Source: Bacteroidales bacterium (GTDB lineage Bacteria; Bacteroidota; Bacteroidia; Bacteroidales; UBA1715). Taken from it: a stretch of DNA of 63,372 nucleotides. The stretch is from the NCBI GenBank assembly GCA_027858745.1, contig JAQICB010000106.1, positions 1-63,372 on the forward strand, given 5' to 3'. Below, piece after piece: positions 20,291-28,937 of the stretch; position 1 is the first letter of the stretch; every line of letters begins with the position of its first letter. The notes beneath the pieces were generated by a model. It was not told the DNA's origin, searched no databases, and saw nothing but the letters and a program-made list of their open reading frames with translations. Position numbers and translations under genes: made by a program.

Positions 20291-20350
20291 ATAAAGATAT
20301 ACTTAAATATACAAAGATATACTTAAATGTACGAATATATACATAAAAAG
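20291..20350 (-). promoter_or_regulatory. 2.7 tandem copies of a 20-bp unit upstream of the 18391-20271 gene, carrying a Bacteroides-type -7 box
   Basis: Units are ATAAAGATATACTTAAATAT, ACAAAGATATACTTAAATGT and a degenerate ACGAATATATACATAAAAAG. The minus strand reads TATCTTTG (TAnnTTTG) about 40-48 nt before the ATG. Confidence 0.3.
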
Positions 20351-20363
20351 ATACGAAAGTTAA

Positions 20364-20498
20364 TCAAAAATCTCGTTTCTCAAAGTCTTCTTTCTTTCTG
20401 TCTTTCAATCTTTTACGTACAAGATATATACATAGAACAATGAAGATGATAAATCCAACTAAATAACCAATTCCTATGAGGTATGGTATGATTTCCAT
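20364..20498 (-). CDS. possible 44-aa single-TM small protein (speculative)
   Basis: Hand translation: MEIIPYLIGIGYLVGFIIFIVLCIYLVRKRLKDRKKEDFEKRDF. A hydrophobic helix is followed by a basic tail. It starts 11 nt after the epimerase stop on the same strand. Confidence 0.25.
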   Translation of the reverse strand: MEIIPYLIGIGYLVGFIIFIVLCIYLVRKRLKDRKKEDFEKRDF

Positions 20499-20509
20499 GT
20501 TTGTTATTA

Positions 20510-21718
20510 TTATGATATAAGTGAGTTTATTTTTGTGATTATTCTCATAAGTGCTCTAGAATTATGATATGGCCCCTTCCATGGACCTGCTTTTTGATCA
20601 TTGGTGTATGGTATGTTTTTCTCGGATACTCGCCAAAACCATTCACCTTTTTGTGTATCAATAATATGAGCGTATACATAGTCCCAAATTTTAAAAGCTG
20701 TTTGCATGTATGAATCGTCCTGTGTCAGTGCATATGCATTGGCAAGTCCTTCCATTGCTTCTACTTGAACCCACCAGTGTCGGTCGCTGTCAAGATGTTT
20801 GGTGAGGGTATTATATTCATATAATACACAATTATTTGTTGCATCGTACCCTTCTTGTAAAAAGCTGCCTACCATATTGATAATAAATGGCTTGTATGTG
20901 TTTTTGAGTTCTTCGTTTTGTGTTATGCAGATGGCTTCCCACAATAACCACGATGATTCAATATCATGCCCATATGATATTTCATGTGTTTGTGGCTGCC
21001 AATCTTCGGAAAAGAAAATGGTAACATGATGTTTTGAATCAATAATCTTGTTGCTAAATACATCAATTAATTTTTCGAGGGAAGATAAAACAACCGGATT
21101 TTTTGATGCTTCGTACAAACAAGTATATGCTTCGAGAATGTGAAGGTTTGTATTCATTCCTTTTGGTTCGTTTAAATCTCTCTCGCTGAGGCGCACATCA
21201 TCAAGTTTTTCCCATGAATCTGAAAAGGCTTCAAAATAGCCACCGTATTGGTTGTCACAACAATGATTTTCAATGCAATAAAATAAGCTCATTGCACGCG
21301 CAAGAGCATGCTGATCATCTGTTGCACGATAATACTCGGCATATGCATATATCACAAAAGCTTGGGCATATACTTGTTTTTTTGTAATTGTGGGCGTGCC
21401 TTTGTGATTAACTTCCCAGAAATAGCCATCATGTTTTGTATCAAAAAAGTGTGATTCAATAAAGGACTTCGCAATATCTGCTGTTTTGATGTATTCCGGA
21501 TTTTTGTAGAATCGTGCTGCTGCCGAGAATGTCCACATAATACGGGAATACATGATAATTCCTTTTGGTGCATCTTCGATAGGTACACCTTCACCGGTTA
21601 TTTTCCCATAAAATTGTTGTGATTTTGGGTCAATAGCTGTTGTTTCCCAAAATGTAAGAATGTTAAATAATTCTGTTTGTAATTGTCCTCTATAATGAAT
21701 AAGTTGTTCGGAATTCAT
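20510..21718 (-). CDS. N-acylglucosamine 2-epimerase family protein, cellobiose/mannobiose 2-epimerase-like
   Basis: 402 aa with AGE-superfamily (alpha/alpha)6 barrel pattern. Last gene of the GH130 mannan operon, as in the Bacteroides fragilis BF0771-0774 locus. Confidence 0.8.
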   Translation of the reverse strand: MNSEQLIHYRGQLQTELFNILTFWETTAIDPKSQQFYGKITGEGVPIEDAPKGIIMYSRIMWTFSAAARFYKNPEYIKTADIAKSFIESHFFDTKHDGYFWEVNHKGTPTITKKQVYAQAFVIYAYAEYYRATDDQHALARAMSLFYCIENHCCDNQYGGYFEAFSDSWEKLDDVRLSERDLNEPKGMNTNLHILEAYTCLYEASKNPVVLSSLEKLIDVFSNKIIDSKHHVTIFFSEDWQPQTHEISYGHDIESSWLLWEAICITQNEELKNTYKPFIINMVGSFLQEGYDATNNCVLYEYNTLTKHLDSDRHWWVQVEAMEGLANAYALTQDDSYMQTAFKIWDYVYAHIIDTQKGEWFWRVSEKNIPYTNDQKAGPWKGPYHNSRALMRIITKINSLIS

Positions 21719-21724
21719 GGTTTT

Positions 21725-22915
21725 TTATATATATTTTGCGTTTTTTGATGTTAAGGTATTGATTTTTTCTACAGATTTATTGGTAAATAAATCATCTTGT
21801 GGTGTGTGTAGACAATAATCAACGAGTCGTTTGATGCTTGATACTGCGACATGTGTGCGTGTATCCGATGATGCATAATATATATACACGCTACCATCAT
21901 CATTTGCAATCCAACCGTTTGCAAAAACCACATTTGAAACATCACCAATTCTTTCGTCATCTTGTGGTGCAAGGAAATATCCACCCGGGCAGGCAATGAT
22001 TTTTTCAGGATTGTGTAAATCAGTCATAAACATATACAAGACATAACGGAGTCCTGCGGCGGTATTTCGAACGCCATGAGCCAAATGAAGCCAGCCTTTT
22101 TCTGTTTTGAGTGGAGCAGGACCTAATCCGTTTTTCAACTCATATACTGTGTGATATTGTTTGTTGTGAATGATATGTTCTTTTTCAATTATTGGATTGG
22201 TAATGTCTGAAATGTACCCAACGCCAATACCACCTCCGGAACCGACTTCAATAAATCCGTCTTGCGGACGTGTATAGAGCATATATTTTCCGTCTACAAA
22301 ATGAGGGTGCATAACCACATTGCGTTGTTGTCCGCTTTGTGAAATAAGATCGGGAAGTCGTTCCCATTGTTTTAAATTTTTTGTTCGAATTATGCCTGCA
22401 TTTGCTATTGCTGAACTCGTATCGCCACTTGGTGTATTGGGGGTTTTTCGTTCTGTACAAAAAATCCCGTAAATATACCCGTCATCGTGCTGTGTGAGAC
22501 GCATGTCATAAACGTTAACATCGGGTTCTTCAGTTTGTGGGAGCAGAATTGGGGAGTCCCAAAAGCGAAACGTATCTATGCCGTTAGAACTTTCTGCTAT
22601 TGCAAAAAAAGATTTTCTGTCCCAGCCTTCGATACGGGCACACAGATAATAGGTGTCGTTCAATTTTATTGCCCCGGCATTAAATACCGCATTTATACCA
22701 ATGCGTTGGAGCATAAACGGATTATCTTGGAGGTTAAAATCAAATTTCCACTGTACCGGAATATGTTTGTCAGTGAGCACCGGATAGGTGAAACGTCGAT
22801 AAATTCCATTGTATTCATCTGTTGGGATGTTTGGTTGTTTTATTAACGCTTCATATTCTTGCATTAATTTTTGAATAAGTTCTTCAGGTTTTTGAGAAAA
22901 GTAATCCATATTCAA
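21725..22915 (-). CDS. GH130 4-O-beta-D-mannosyl-D-glucose phosphorylase-like
   Basis: 396 aa. The long N-terminal helix region plus NGIYRRFTYPVLTDKHIPVQW... resembles GH130 subfamily-1 enzymes. Confidence 0.8.
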   Translation of the reverse strand: MNMDYFSQKPEELIQKLMQEYEALIKQPNIPTDEYNGIYRRFTYPVLTDKHIPVQWKFDFNLQDNPFMLQRIGINAVFNAGAIKLNDTYYLCARIEGWDRKSFFAIAESSNGIDTFRFWDSPILLPQTEEPDVNVYDMRLTQHDDGYIYGIFCTERKTPNTPSGDTSSAIANAGIIRTKNLKQWERLPDLISQSGQQRNVVMHPHFVDGKYMLYTRPQDGFIEVGSGGGIGVGYISDITNPIIEKEHIIHNKQYHTVYELKNGLGPAPLKTEKGWLHLAHGVRNTAAGLRYVLYMFMTDLHNPEKIIACPGGYFLAPQDDERIGDVSNVVFANGWIANDDGSVYIYYASSDTRTHVAVSSIKRLVDYCLHTPQDDLFTNKSVEKINTLTSKNAKYI

Positions 22916-22930
22916 ATGAGTATAAAAAAA

Positions 22931-23920
22931 TTAAAAAACTTCAGAATGTTCCTTCATGTATGCCACTAATTCATCAACTTGACAAAAAGCAATTGCTGTA
23001 TATGTGTCAGCCGCACCATAATATATGGCAATTCGTCCGGTTTCGGCATCGTATATATTTGCACACGGAAATGCAACATTGGGTACAAATCCCACTGTTT
23101 CGTATTCTTTTTCGGGCGTCAGTAAATAATCGCGGGTACGGTATAGTACTTTTCTCGGATTATCTCTGTCTAACAATACTGCTCCAATGCTGTATACAAA
23201 ACCATTGCATGTTCCCGAAACACCGTGATAGAACATGAGCCAACCTTCATTTGTTTCAATAGGCACGGGACCTGCACCAATTTTTGTTCCTTGCCACCAG
23301 CCTTCGCCACCGTTTCCCATTAAAAAAGAATGATGTCCCCAGTGAATTAAATCGGGGCTTTCACTTATAAAAATGTTACCAAAAGGTGTGTGCCCGGTAT
23401 CACTTGGACGACTTAATAAAAAATAATTCCCGTTAATTTTTCTCGGAAAAAGAACACCATTTCTGTTGTATGGCATAAGTGGGTTTGGTATTCGTGTAAA
23501 GGTTTTGAAGTCAGTTGTTTTTCCTAAACCAATAGACGGACCTTTCATATCGTCGCACCAGGTAATATAATAAATGCCGTCAATTTCTAATACTCGAGGG
23601 TCGTACGAATAGCTTGTAGGAACAGGTTTTCCATTTTCGTCAAGCCATTCAATTGGTTCTGGAGCTAAATCAATTTGTATGCCGTCTGCACTAAAACCTG
23701 AAAATAAGGTTGCACGTCCGTTTCTTTGATCGCCGCGAAATACTCCTGCAAACCCCTCTTTGAATGGTACAATTGCACTATTATAGACCCGTGCAGCTTT
23801 CGGAATAGGATTCCATCCGATAATCGGATTTTTGGAAAATCGCCACATTACGTCTGTACAGCCGGAGGGTTTATCTTCCCACGGTATGTTCGGTGCATTT
23901 TTGCCAATAATTGTCTTCAT
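22931..23920 (-). CDS. GH130 beta-1,4-mannoside (mannooligosaccharide) phosphorylase-like, short form
   Basis: 329 aa, five-bladed propeller-type GH130 without the N-terminal extension. Substrate is not assignable by eye. Confidence 0.75.
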   Translation of the reverse strand: MKTIIGKNAPNIPWEDKPSGCTDVMWRFSKNPIIGWNPIPKAARVYNSAIVPFKEGFAGVFRGDQRNGRATLFSGFSADGIQIDLAPEPIEWLDENGKPVPTSYSYDPRVLEIDGIYYITWCDDMKGPSIGLGKTTDFKTFTRIPNPLMPYNRNGVLFPRKINGNYFLLSRPSDTGHTPFGNIFISESPDLIHWGHHSFLMGNGGEGWWQGTKIGAGPVPIETNEGWLMFYHGVSGTCNGFVYSIGAVLLDRDNPRKVLYRTRDYLLTPEKEYETVGFVPNVAFPCANIYDAETGRIAIYYGAADTYTAIAFCQVDELVAYMKEHSEVF

Positions 23921-23940
23921 ATTATCTAAAAAAAAATTTG

Positions 23941-26214
23941 TTAGGCATTTTCATCATCATTATCACCATCTCGGCGTGTCAATAGTTCCTGTTCAATTTC
24001 ATCAACACGAGAATCATTCAGTGGATAAAAGAGAATAATTATAATTGACACAATTCCAAGTCCTGCCGGAATAAGAGTAAACAAATTTAATAATCCTTTT
24101 GTTGACTCGGTGCTTTGCAATTGGTTTGGTTCAAATCCTACTTGAGCCATAAGTGTGAGAGCTAAATAAGCACCAACAGCCCATCCGATTTTTTGCGACA
24201 TTGTTGATGCGGAAAAAATAAGTCCTGTTGCACGTCCGCCATTTTTCCATTCCGAATAATCGGCAGTATCTGCATACATTGCCCACAATAAAACACTTAA
24301 TGGACCTCCGGTAAATGACCCGGTGACTTGTAAGAAATAAATAAGTCCCAAATTTTCGGCAGTTAAGAAATACACACTTGCAGTAGAAACAATTGCGATA
24401 ATGAAAAAGGCAATAAATGTTTTGATTTTTCCGAAATGTTTCGCAATCCATCCTACCGCAAATACACCGATTAAGGAAGAAACTTGTCCGGCAGTATTGT
24501 AAACAGATGTCAACACATTAAAATCCAATATTTTTTCACCCATAAAAGGGAGACTGATTGTTTGGTTACCAATAATATATTTAAAATAATGAACCGTAAC
24601 ACTTCCGCGAACAGCAACAAAAAGAATAAAAGTAATAGTGGTAAGTAAAAGAATAAGCCACGGTCCGTTTGTAATTAATTGTTTTAAGTCATTTTTAACC
24701 GATGTGTTTTGACCTTTTGGCGGTTGCACCCGTTCTTTGGTTCCTTTAAACGCAATTAAAAAGAAAATAATCGCGGCAGCACCAATTATCATAAAAAAGC
24801 GTGACCATCCCTTTGCTTCATTTATGACGGTTAATTCGTATGTGATATTTTTACTGTCAATGTCGTAAAAGAAGTCAGACAATGCAATTGCATGATTTGA
24901 AAATCCTTCTGAAACAGCAAATCCGGTTTCTTTGTTTATGACAAAAGGAGCATTGTTGCCCTCTGTATTATAAACAGTAAATTTAACATCGTGCTTTGTT
25001 CGTCCGCCTTTGTTATCAATTGCAGTGAGAGTAAGATGAGCAATGCCCGGATTTTTTTCAATAATTTGAATCAAAGAATCGGTTATAATTGGGTTAATAA
25101 CATCAGTATTGCTCGATTCCACAAAAAACATTAGTTCATCTTGTTTGTTGTCTGAAAAAATGTTGTTTAAATTAATGTTTTTTTCAGCAAATCCGCATTC
25201 TAACGTAATCGTTTTTGAAGAATCAACCAAAAGGGGAGCGGTATTATTGTGTGCAATAATATCTACCGGGAAATCAATTGATGTTTCACCCCACTTCTCA
25301 TCTTGTGCCGTAAGTGTTATTATTGAGCTACCCGCTTTAGTACTATTTTTTTCGGTAATAATAAGCGATGAATTTTCAATACGAGCATCACAGATTTCGT
25401 TGTTGATATTTTTTACACTATAGGTAAAATTATTATGTGTTGAACCGGTAAACACATTGGAAATATCTATAATATGTTTGTTGAAATTTTGTTCGAGACT
25501 TATATTTGAAATAGGATCTTGAATTTTTGGTTTGTTGTTTTCGGAAGGTTCAACCGTGAATCTAATTTCATGAACTGCTAAATTTCCTTCAGAATCGAGA
25601 GCTTGAATTTCAAATGTAGAAACACCTCGTTTTCGTTCGTTAATAATTAATGAATCATTGTTAATTTCGGCAGCCATGATAGTATCATCACCTTCTCCCA
25701 GTTTTTGGGTCATGGGAAGTAATGTTGCTGAAATAATGATACCCGCAGCAAATGCAAAAATAAATTTTACCGAGGAAACTGTTGTTCGTTCTGCAGAATT
25801 TGGAGAAATAACTCCTAAAAGAGAGGTGTACGGGATATTAATAACCGTATAGAGAACCATGATAAGCATGAATGTGGTATACGCCCAAATAATTTTACCT
25901 TCGTGTCCGAAGTCAGGAACGGTAAATGTGAGAACACCAATTACAGCAAAGGGGACACAGAACCATAATAAATAGGGTCTAAACTTTCCCCACCGAGTTT
26001 TTGTGCGGTCTGCAATTATTCCCATTATTGGGTCGTTGAAACCGTCTACAAGTCGCGATACTAAAAACATTGTGGCGGCAGCTGCGGCGGGCATTAGAAA
26101 TATATCGGTATAAAAATAGGTGAAATACAGCATAAATGTTTGCCAATATAAAACAGATGCCAAGTCGCCAAAACCGTACGAAATTTTTTCTCTAAAGGGA
26201 AGATAATTTTTCAT
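23941..26214 (-). CDS. glycoside-pentoside-hexuronide (GPH/MFS) sugar:cation symporter with a ~295-aa Ig/cadherin-like insertion in the TM5-TM6 loop
   Basis: The N-half (GFGDLAS...DGFNDPIMGIIADRTKTRWGKFRP) and the GW...TKERV junction are canonical GPH. Residues ~174-468 are hydrophilic tandem repeats. Confidence 0.85.
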   Translation of the reverse strand: MKNYLPFREKISYGFGDLASVLYWQTFMLYFTYFYTDIFLMPAAAAATMFLVSRLVDGFNDPIMGIIADRTKTRWGKFRPYLLWFCVPFAVIGVLTFTVPDFGHEGKIIWAYTTFMLIMVLYTVINIPYTSLLGVISPNSAERTTVSSVKFIFAFAAGIIISATLLPMTQKLGEGDDTIMAAEINNDSLIINERKRGVSTFEIQALDSEGNLAVHEIRFTVEPSENNKPKIQDPISNISLEQNFNKHIIDISNVFTGSTHNNFTYSVKNINNEICDARIENSSLIITEKNSTKAGSSIITLTAQDEKWGETSIDFPVDIIAHNNTAPLLVDSSKTITLECGFAEKNINLNNIFSDNKQDELMFFVESSNTDVINPIITDSLIQIIEKNPGIAHLTLTAIDNKGGRTKHDVKFTVYNTEGNNAPFVINKETGFAVSEGFSNHAIALSDFFYDIDSKNITYELTVINEAKGWSRFFMIIGAAAIIFFLIAFKGTKERVQPPKGQNTSVKNDLKQLITNGPWLILLLTTITFILFVAVRGSVTVHYFKYIIGNQTISLPFMGEKILDFNVLTSVYNTAGQVSSLIGVFAVGWIAKHFGKIKTFIAFFIIAIVSTASVYFLTAENLGLIYFLQVTGSFTGGPLSVLLWAMYADTADYSEWKNGGRATGLIFSASTMSQKIGWAVGAYLALTLMAQVGFEPNQLQSTESTKGLLNLFTLIPAGLGIVSIIIILFYPLNDSRVDEIEQELLTRRDGDNDDENA

Positions 26215-26251
26215 TATAGTTTCTTTTTATAAATGAATATGTATGGTAGTA

Positions 26252-27370
26252 TTATTTTTTAGCATGAATAAGCTGTGGATATTTGTTTGCAAAATAGCGA
26301 GCTCCGTCACCAAATGTTTTGAAACTTCCAAAATCTCCAATTCCCGCATCATTTGATGTCCATAACATGACCCCGGAATATCCTAATGTATATGGGTTTT
26401 CAAATATTTCCTTATATGAAATATCAAAACCATATAAAGTATTTCGTCCCGGTGTTTCACCTATTACAACCGGTTTATCGTCTAAATTATAAAACGCAGG
26501 GTCTTTTTCGAACGGACTGCTGAAATGTTCCCGAATCCATCCGTAGTAATGAATGTGCCAATAATCCATATATGCAAGAGTGTCGTTGTGGGTATATTTT
26601 TGTAAACTATCGTCACTCCATATATTTCCTTCGTATTTGCTGCTTCCCCATTTTGTCGCGGCAGAACCGATAGAAACTAAAATAGGACTCTCTGTTTTAT
26701 GAATTGCAGCAGCAGTAATACCCGCAAATTCTTGTAAATAATGCCAAGCTAATTGTCCACATTCTTCATTTTCGTGAATCCATTCGGGTTCGTTACAAAT
26801 ATCTATTGAAAATAAATAGGGATTATCTTTATATCGATTTACAAGTGGAATAACAAATTTCTCATTATATGTGTGTATGTTTTCGGTGTTGGTAAGCATA
26901 TTTCTCCACCCTATGTGGTTTTTATTAGGTTCCTTAAAATGGTCGAAAGACGTAATTGACGCCATTATAAAAATACCATTTTTTTTGGCGTGATGCAGTA
27001 GATGATCCATATGCTGCCAAAATAATTCAGTTGGAGCCGAAGCTTTTCCGGTTGAATCTACAAAGGGTTGTCCTTTCCCATCACAGCTAATCCATATGCG
27101 GGTTGAATTCATACCGTGTTCTGCTAACTGTTGCATTTCTTTTTCCCAAAAAACACTGTCGTATTCTCCGCCAAAGTCATTCCAATTATCCCAGGGTGTG
27201 TTTGCTCCGTTTAAATATATTTCGGAACCATTAAACAGTAATGTGTTGCCCTCAACATAAATGTGTGTTGGTTTTACTGATGATTCATCTTGTGATGTGT
27301 TTTGCTGACACGAAAAAAGCATCACACTACAAAAAAGGCTAAGACTAATAAGAATGTTTGAATGCTTCAT
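26252..27370 (-). CDS. GH5-like endo-beta-1,4-mannanase lipoprotein
   Basis: Signal peptide with lipobox (MLFSC). Candidate acid/base in ICNEPEW and nucleophile in VVIGETPG. First gene of the mannan operon. Confidence 0.7.
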   Translation of the reverse strand: MKHSNILISLSLFCSVMLFSCQQNTSQDESSVKPTHIYVEGNTLLFNGSEIYLNGANTPWDNWNDFGGEYDSVFWEKEMQQLAEHGMNSTRIWISCDGKGQPFVDSTGKASAPTELFWQHMDHLLHHAKKNGIFIMASITSFDHFKEPNKNHIGWRNMLTNTENIHTYNEKFVIPLVNRYKDNPYLFSIDICNEPEWIHENEECGQLAWHYLQEFAGITAAAIHKTESPILVSIGSAATKWGSSKYEGNIWSDDSLQKYTHNDTLAYMDYWHIHYYGWIREHFSSPFEKDPAFYNLDDKPVVIGETPGRNTLYGFDISYKEIFENPYTLGYSGVMLWTSNDAGIGDFGSFKTFGDGARYFANKYPQLIHAKK

Positions 27371-27395
27371 AATATGTAGAATTTTATTTTAATCC

Positions 27396-27436
27396 GAAAT
27401 ATACACTTTTTACCGAAAGTAAAAAGTGTATATTTC
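27396..27436. terminator. perfect 17-bp hairpin between trpF and the mannanase gene
   Basis: GAAATATACACTTTTTA / CCGAAAG / TAAAAAGTGTATATTTC. The T-run is clearer on the plus strand than on the minus strand, so its function as a minus-strand terminator is uncertain. Confidence 0.45.
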
Positions 27437-27448
27437 TGATATTTTTAA

Positions 27449-28090
27449 TTAATTGGTATTTCTTATTTTGTGTATAAATTCAGAAACAGTTTGCTCATCT
27501 TTATATCCCGGTTCTATTTCGAATTTCGAATTAATGTCAATGCCAAACAGTTGCGGGTGTTCATAACTTAGAATTCGTATTGCGTCATCGGAGGTGATGC
27601 CCCCGCTCAAGAAAAAAGGTGTTTCTAGATTGTATGACTCCAGTACCGACCACGAAAACTGTTCTCCCGAACCGCCGTATGATGAGGTATAGGTGTCAAA
27701 TAAAAATATATCGCAATATGGCTCAAATTGTTTCATAATTTCGAAATTCGTATCCTCTGAAATGCGAAATGCTTTTATAATTTTTGCTGATGAATTCTTG
27801 CGAAGGTCTCTGCAATATTCCGGATTTTCGTTGCCATGTAATTGAATATAATCTAAGGCATATTTTTTTTGAATAGAGTCAACATCAGAAAGCTCTTCGT
27901 TTACAAAAACACCTGCTTTTTTAACTGAAGGAGGTATTGTGCTGAGATTTATTTTAGGGAAATCTGAACCAACATATCGGGGCGATTTCGGATAAAATAT
28001 AAATCCCAAAATATTTATGGGTAGTTGAGATACTATTTTGATATTATCGGCATCTCGCATTCCGCATACTTTTATGTGTAGATTACTCAT
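27449..28090 (-). CDS. trpF: phosphoribosylanthranilate isomerase
   Basis: 213 aa, KVCGM start motif, TIM-barrel TrpF pattern. It directly follows trpC. Confidence 0.85.
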   Translation of the reverse strand: MSNLHIKVCGMRDADNIKIVSQLPINILGFIFYPKSPRYVGSDFPKINLSTIPPSVKKAGVFVNEELSDVDSIQKKYALDYIQLHGNENPEYCRDLRKNSSAKIIKAFRISEDTNFEIMKQFEPYCDIFLFDTYTSSYGGSGEQFSWSVLESYNLETPFFLSGGITSDDAIRILSYEHPQLFGIDINSKFEIEPGYKDEQTVSEFIHKIRNTN

Positions 28091-28094
28091 TTGT

Positions 28095-28883
28095 CTATAA
28101 TAATTGTGATTCAGAAATAAATTCGCGACAAGCTTCCCCTGGATTGCTGTGTTTCATGAAATTTCCCCCCATTAAAAATCCTTGAAAACCTTTCGATTTC
28201 AATAGCTTCACGGTTTCCGGTTGAGATATGCCACTTTCGGAAATGCGAACAAACGATGTAGGGATTTTTTCAAGAAGACGGATTGAGTGTTCAATATCTA
28301 CCGAAAAATCTTTAAGGTTACGATTGTTTACGCCTATAATGTCAATTTCGGGAACACATTTCTCTAATTCTTCCTCTTCGTGAATTTCGCATAAAACCTC
28401 TAAATGTAATGAGTGTGCCATGCGAGTGTAAGTTTGAATTTCTTGTTTTGATAAGCAGGCGGCAATGAGCAAAATAAAATCGGCACCTATAGATTTTGCT
28501 TCAATTATTTGATACTCATCAACTATAAATTCTTTACGAAGTATAGGAATAGAAACCACATCGCGAATGCTTGAAATATCTTCGCTCGAACCCTTAAAAA
28601 AATGGGGCTCTGTTAAAATTGAAATACACGATGCTCCTGCATTTTCGTAAGCGGTAACAACTTCAGCAAGAATCGCAGTATTGTTTATTATTCCTTTTGA
28701 TGGTGATGCCCGTTTGTGTTCGGCAATAATGCCGGATTTTTCAGGTGAAAGGATGTATTCCTTTGCAGACATAACCGGTCTTTCGAAAAAAGCAGAACGT
28801 TCAAGTTTCGATATAGGGTTTAGATATTGTAATATAGAAACATCTTGTTTCCTTTGTTCGATTATTTTATCTAATATGGTCAT
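28095..28883 (-). CDS. trpC: indole-3-glycerol phosphate synthase
   Basis: IIAEHKRASPSKG motif; 262 aa. Confidence 0.9.
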   Translation of the reverse strand: MTILDKIIEQRKQDVSILQYLNPISKLERSAFFERPVMSAKEYILSPEKSGIIAEHKRASPSKGIINNTAILAEVVTAYENAGASCISILTEPHFFKGSSEDISSIRDVVSIPILRKEFIVDEYQIIEAKSIGADFILLIAACLSKQEIQTYTRMAHSLHLEVLCEIHEEEELEKCVPEIDIIGVNNRNLKDFSVDIEHSIRLLEKIPTSFVRISESGISQPETVKLLKSKGFQGFLMGGNFMKHSNPGEACREFISESQLL

Positions 28884-28937
28884 TTTTTTGTATTAAGTTT
28901 CGACAAAAATAGTAAATATTTACGGAAATATGTAGAT

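Noticed and set aside
27449-28883. trpC-trpF occurring without trpE/G/D/B/A as a possible sign of pathway decay or horizontal insertion
   Set aside because: The other trp genes may simply lie elsewhere in the genome. Both genes look intact, and nothing in the sequence such as flanking repeats suggests mobility.
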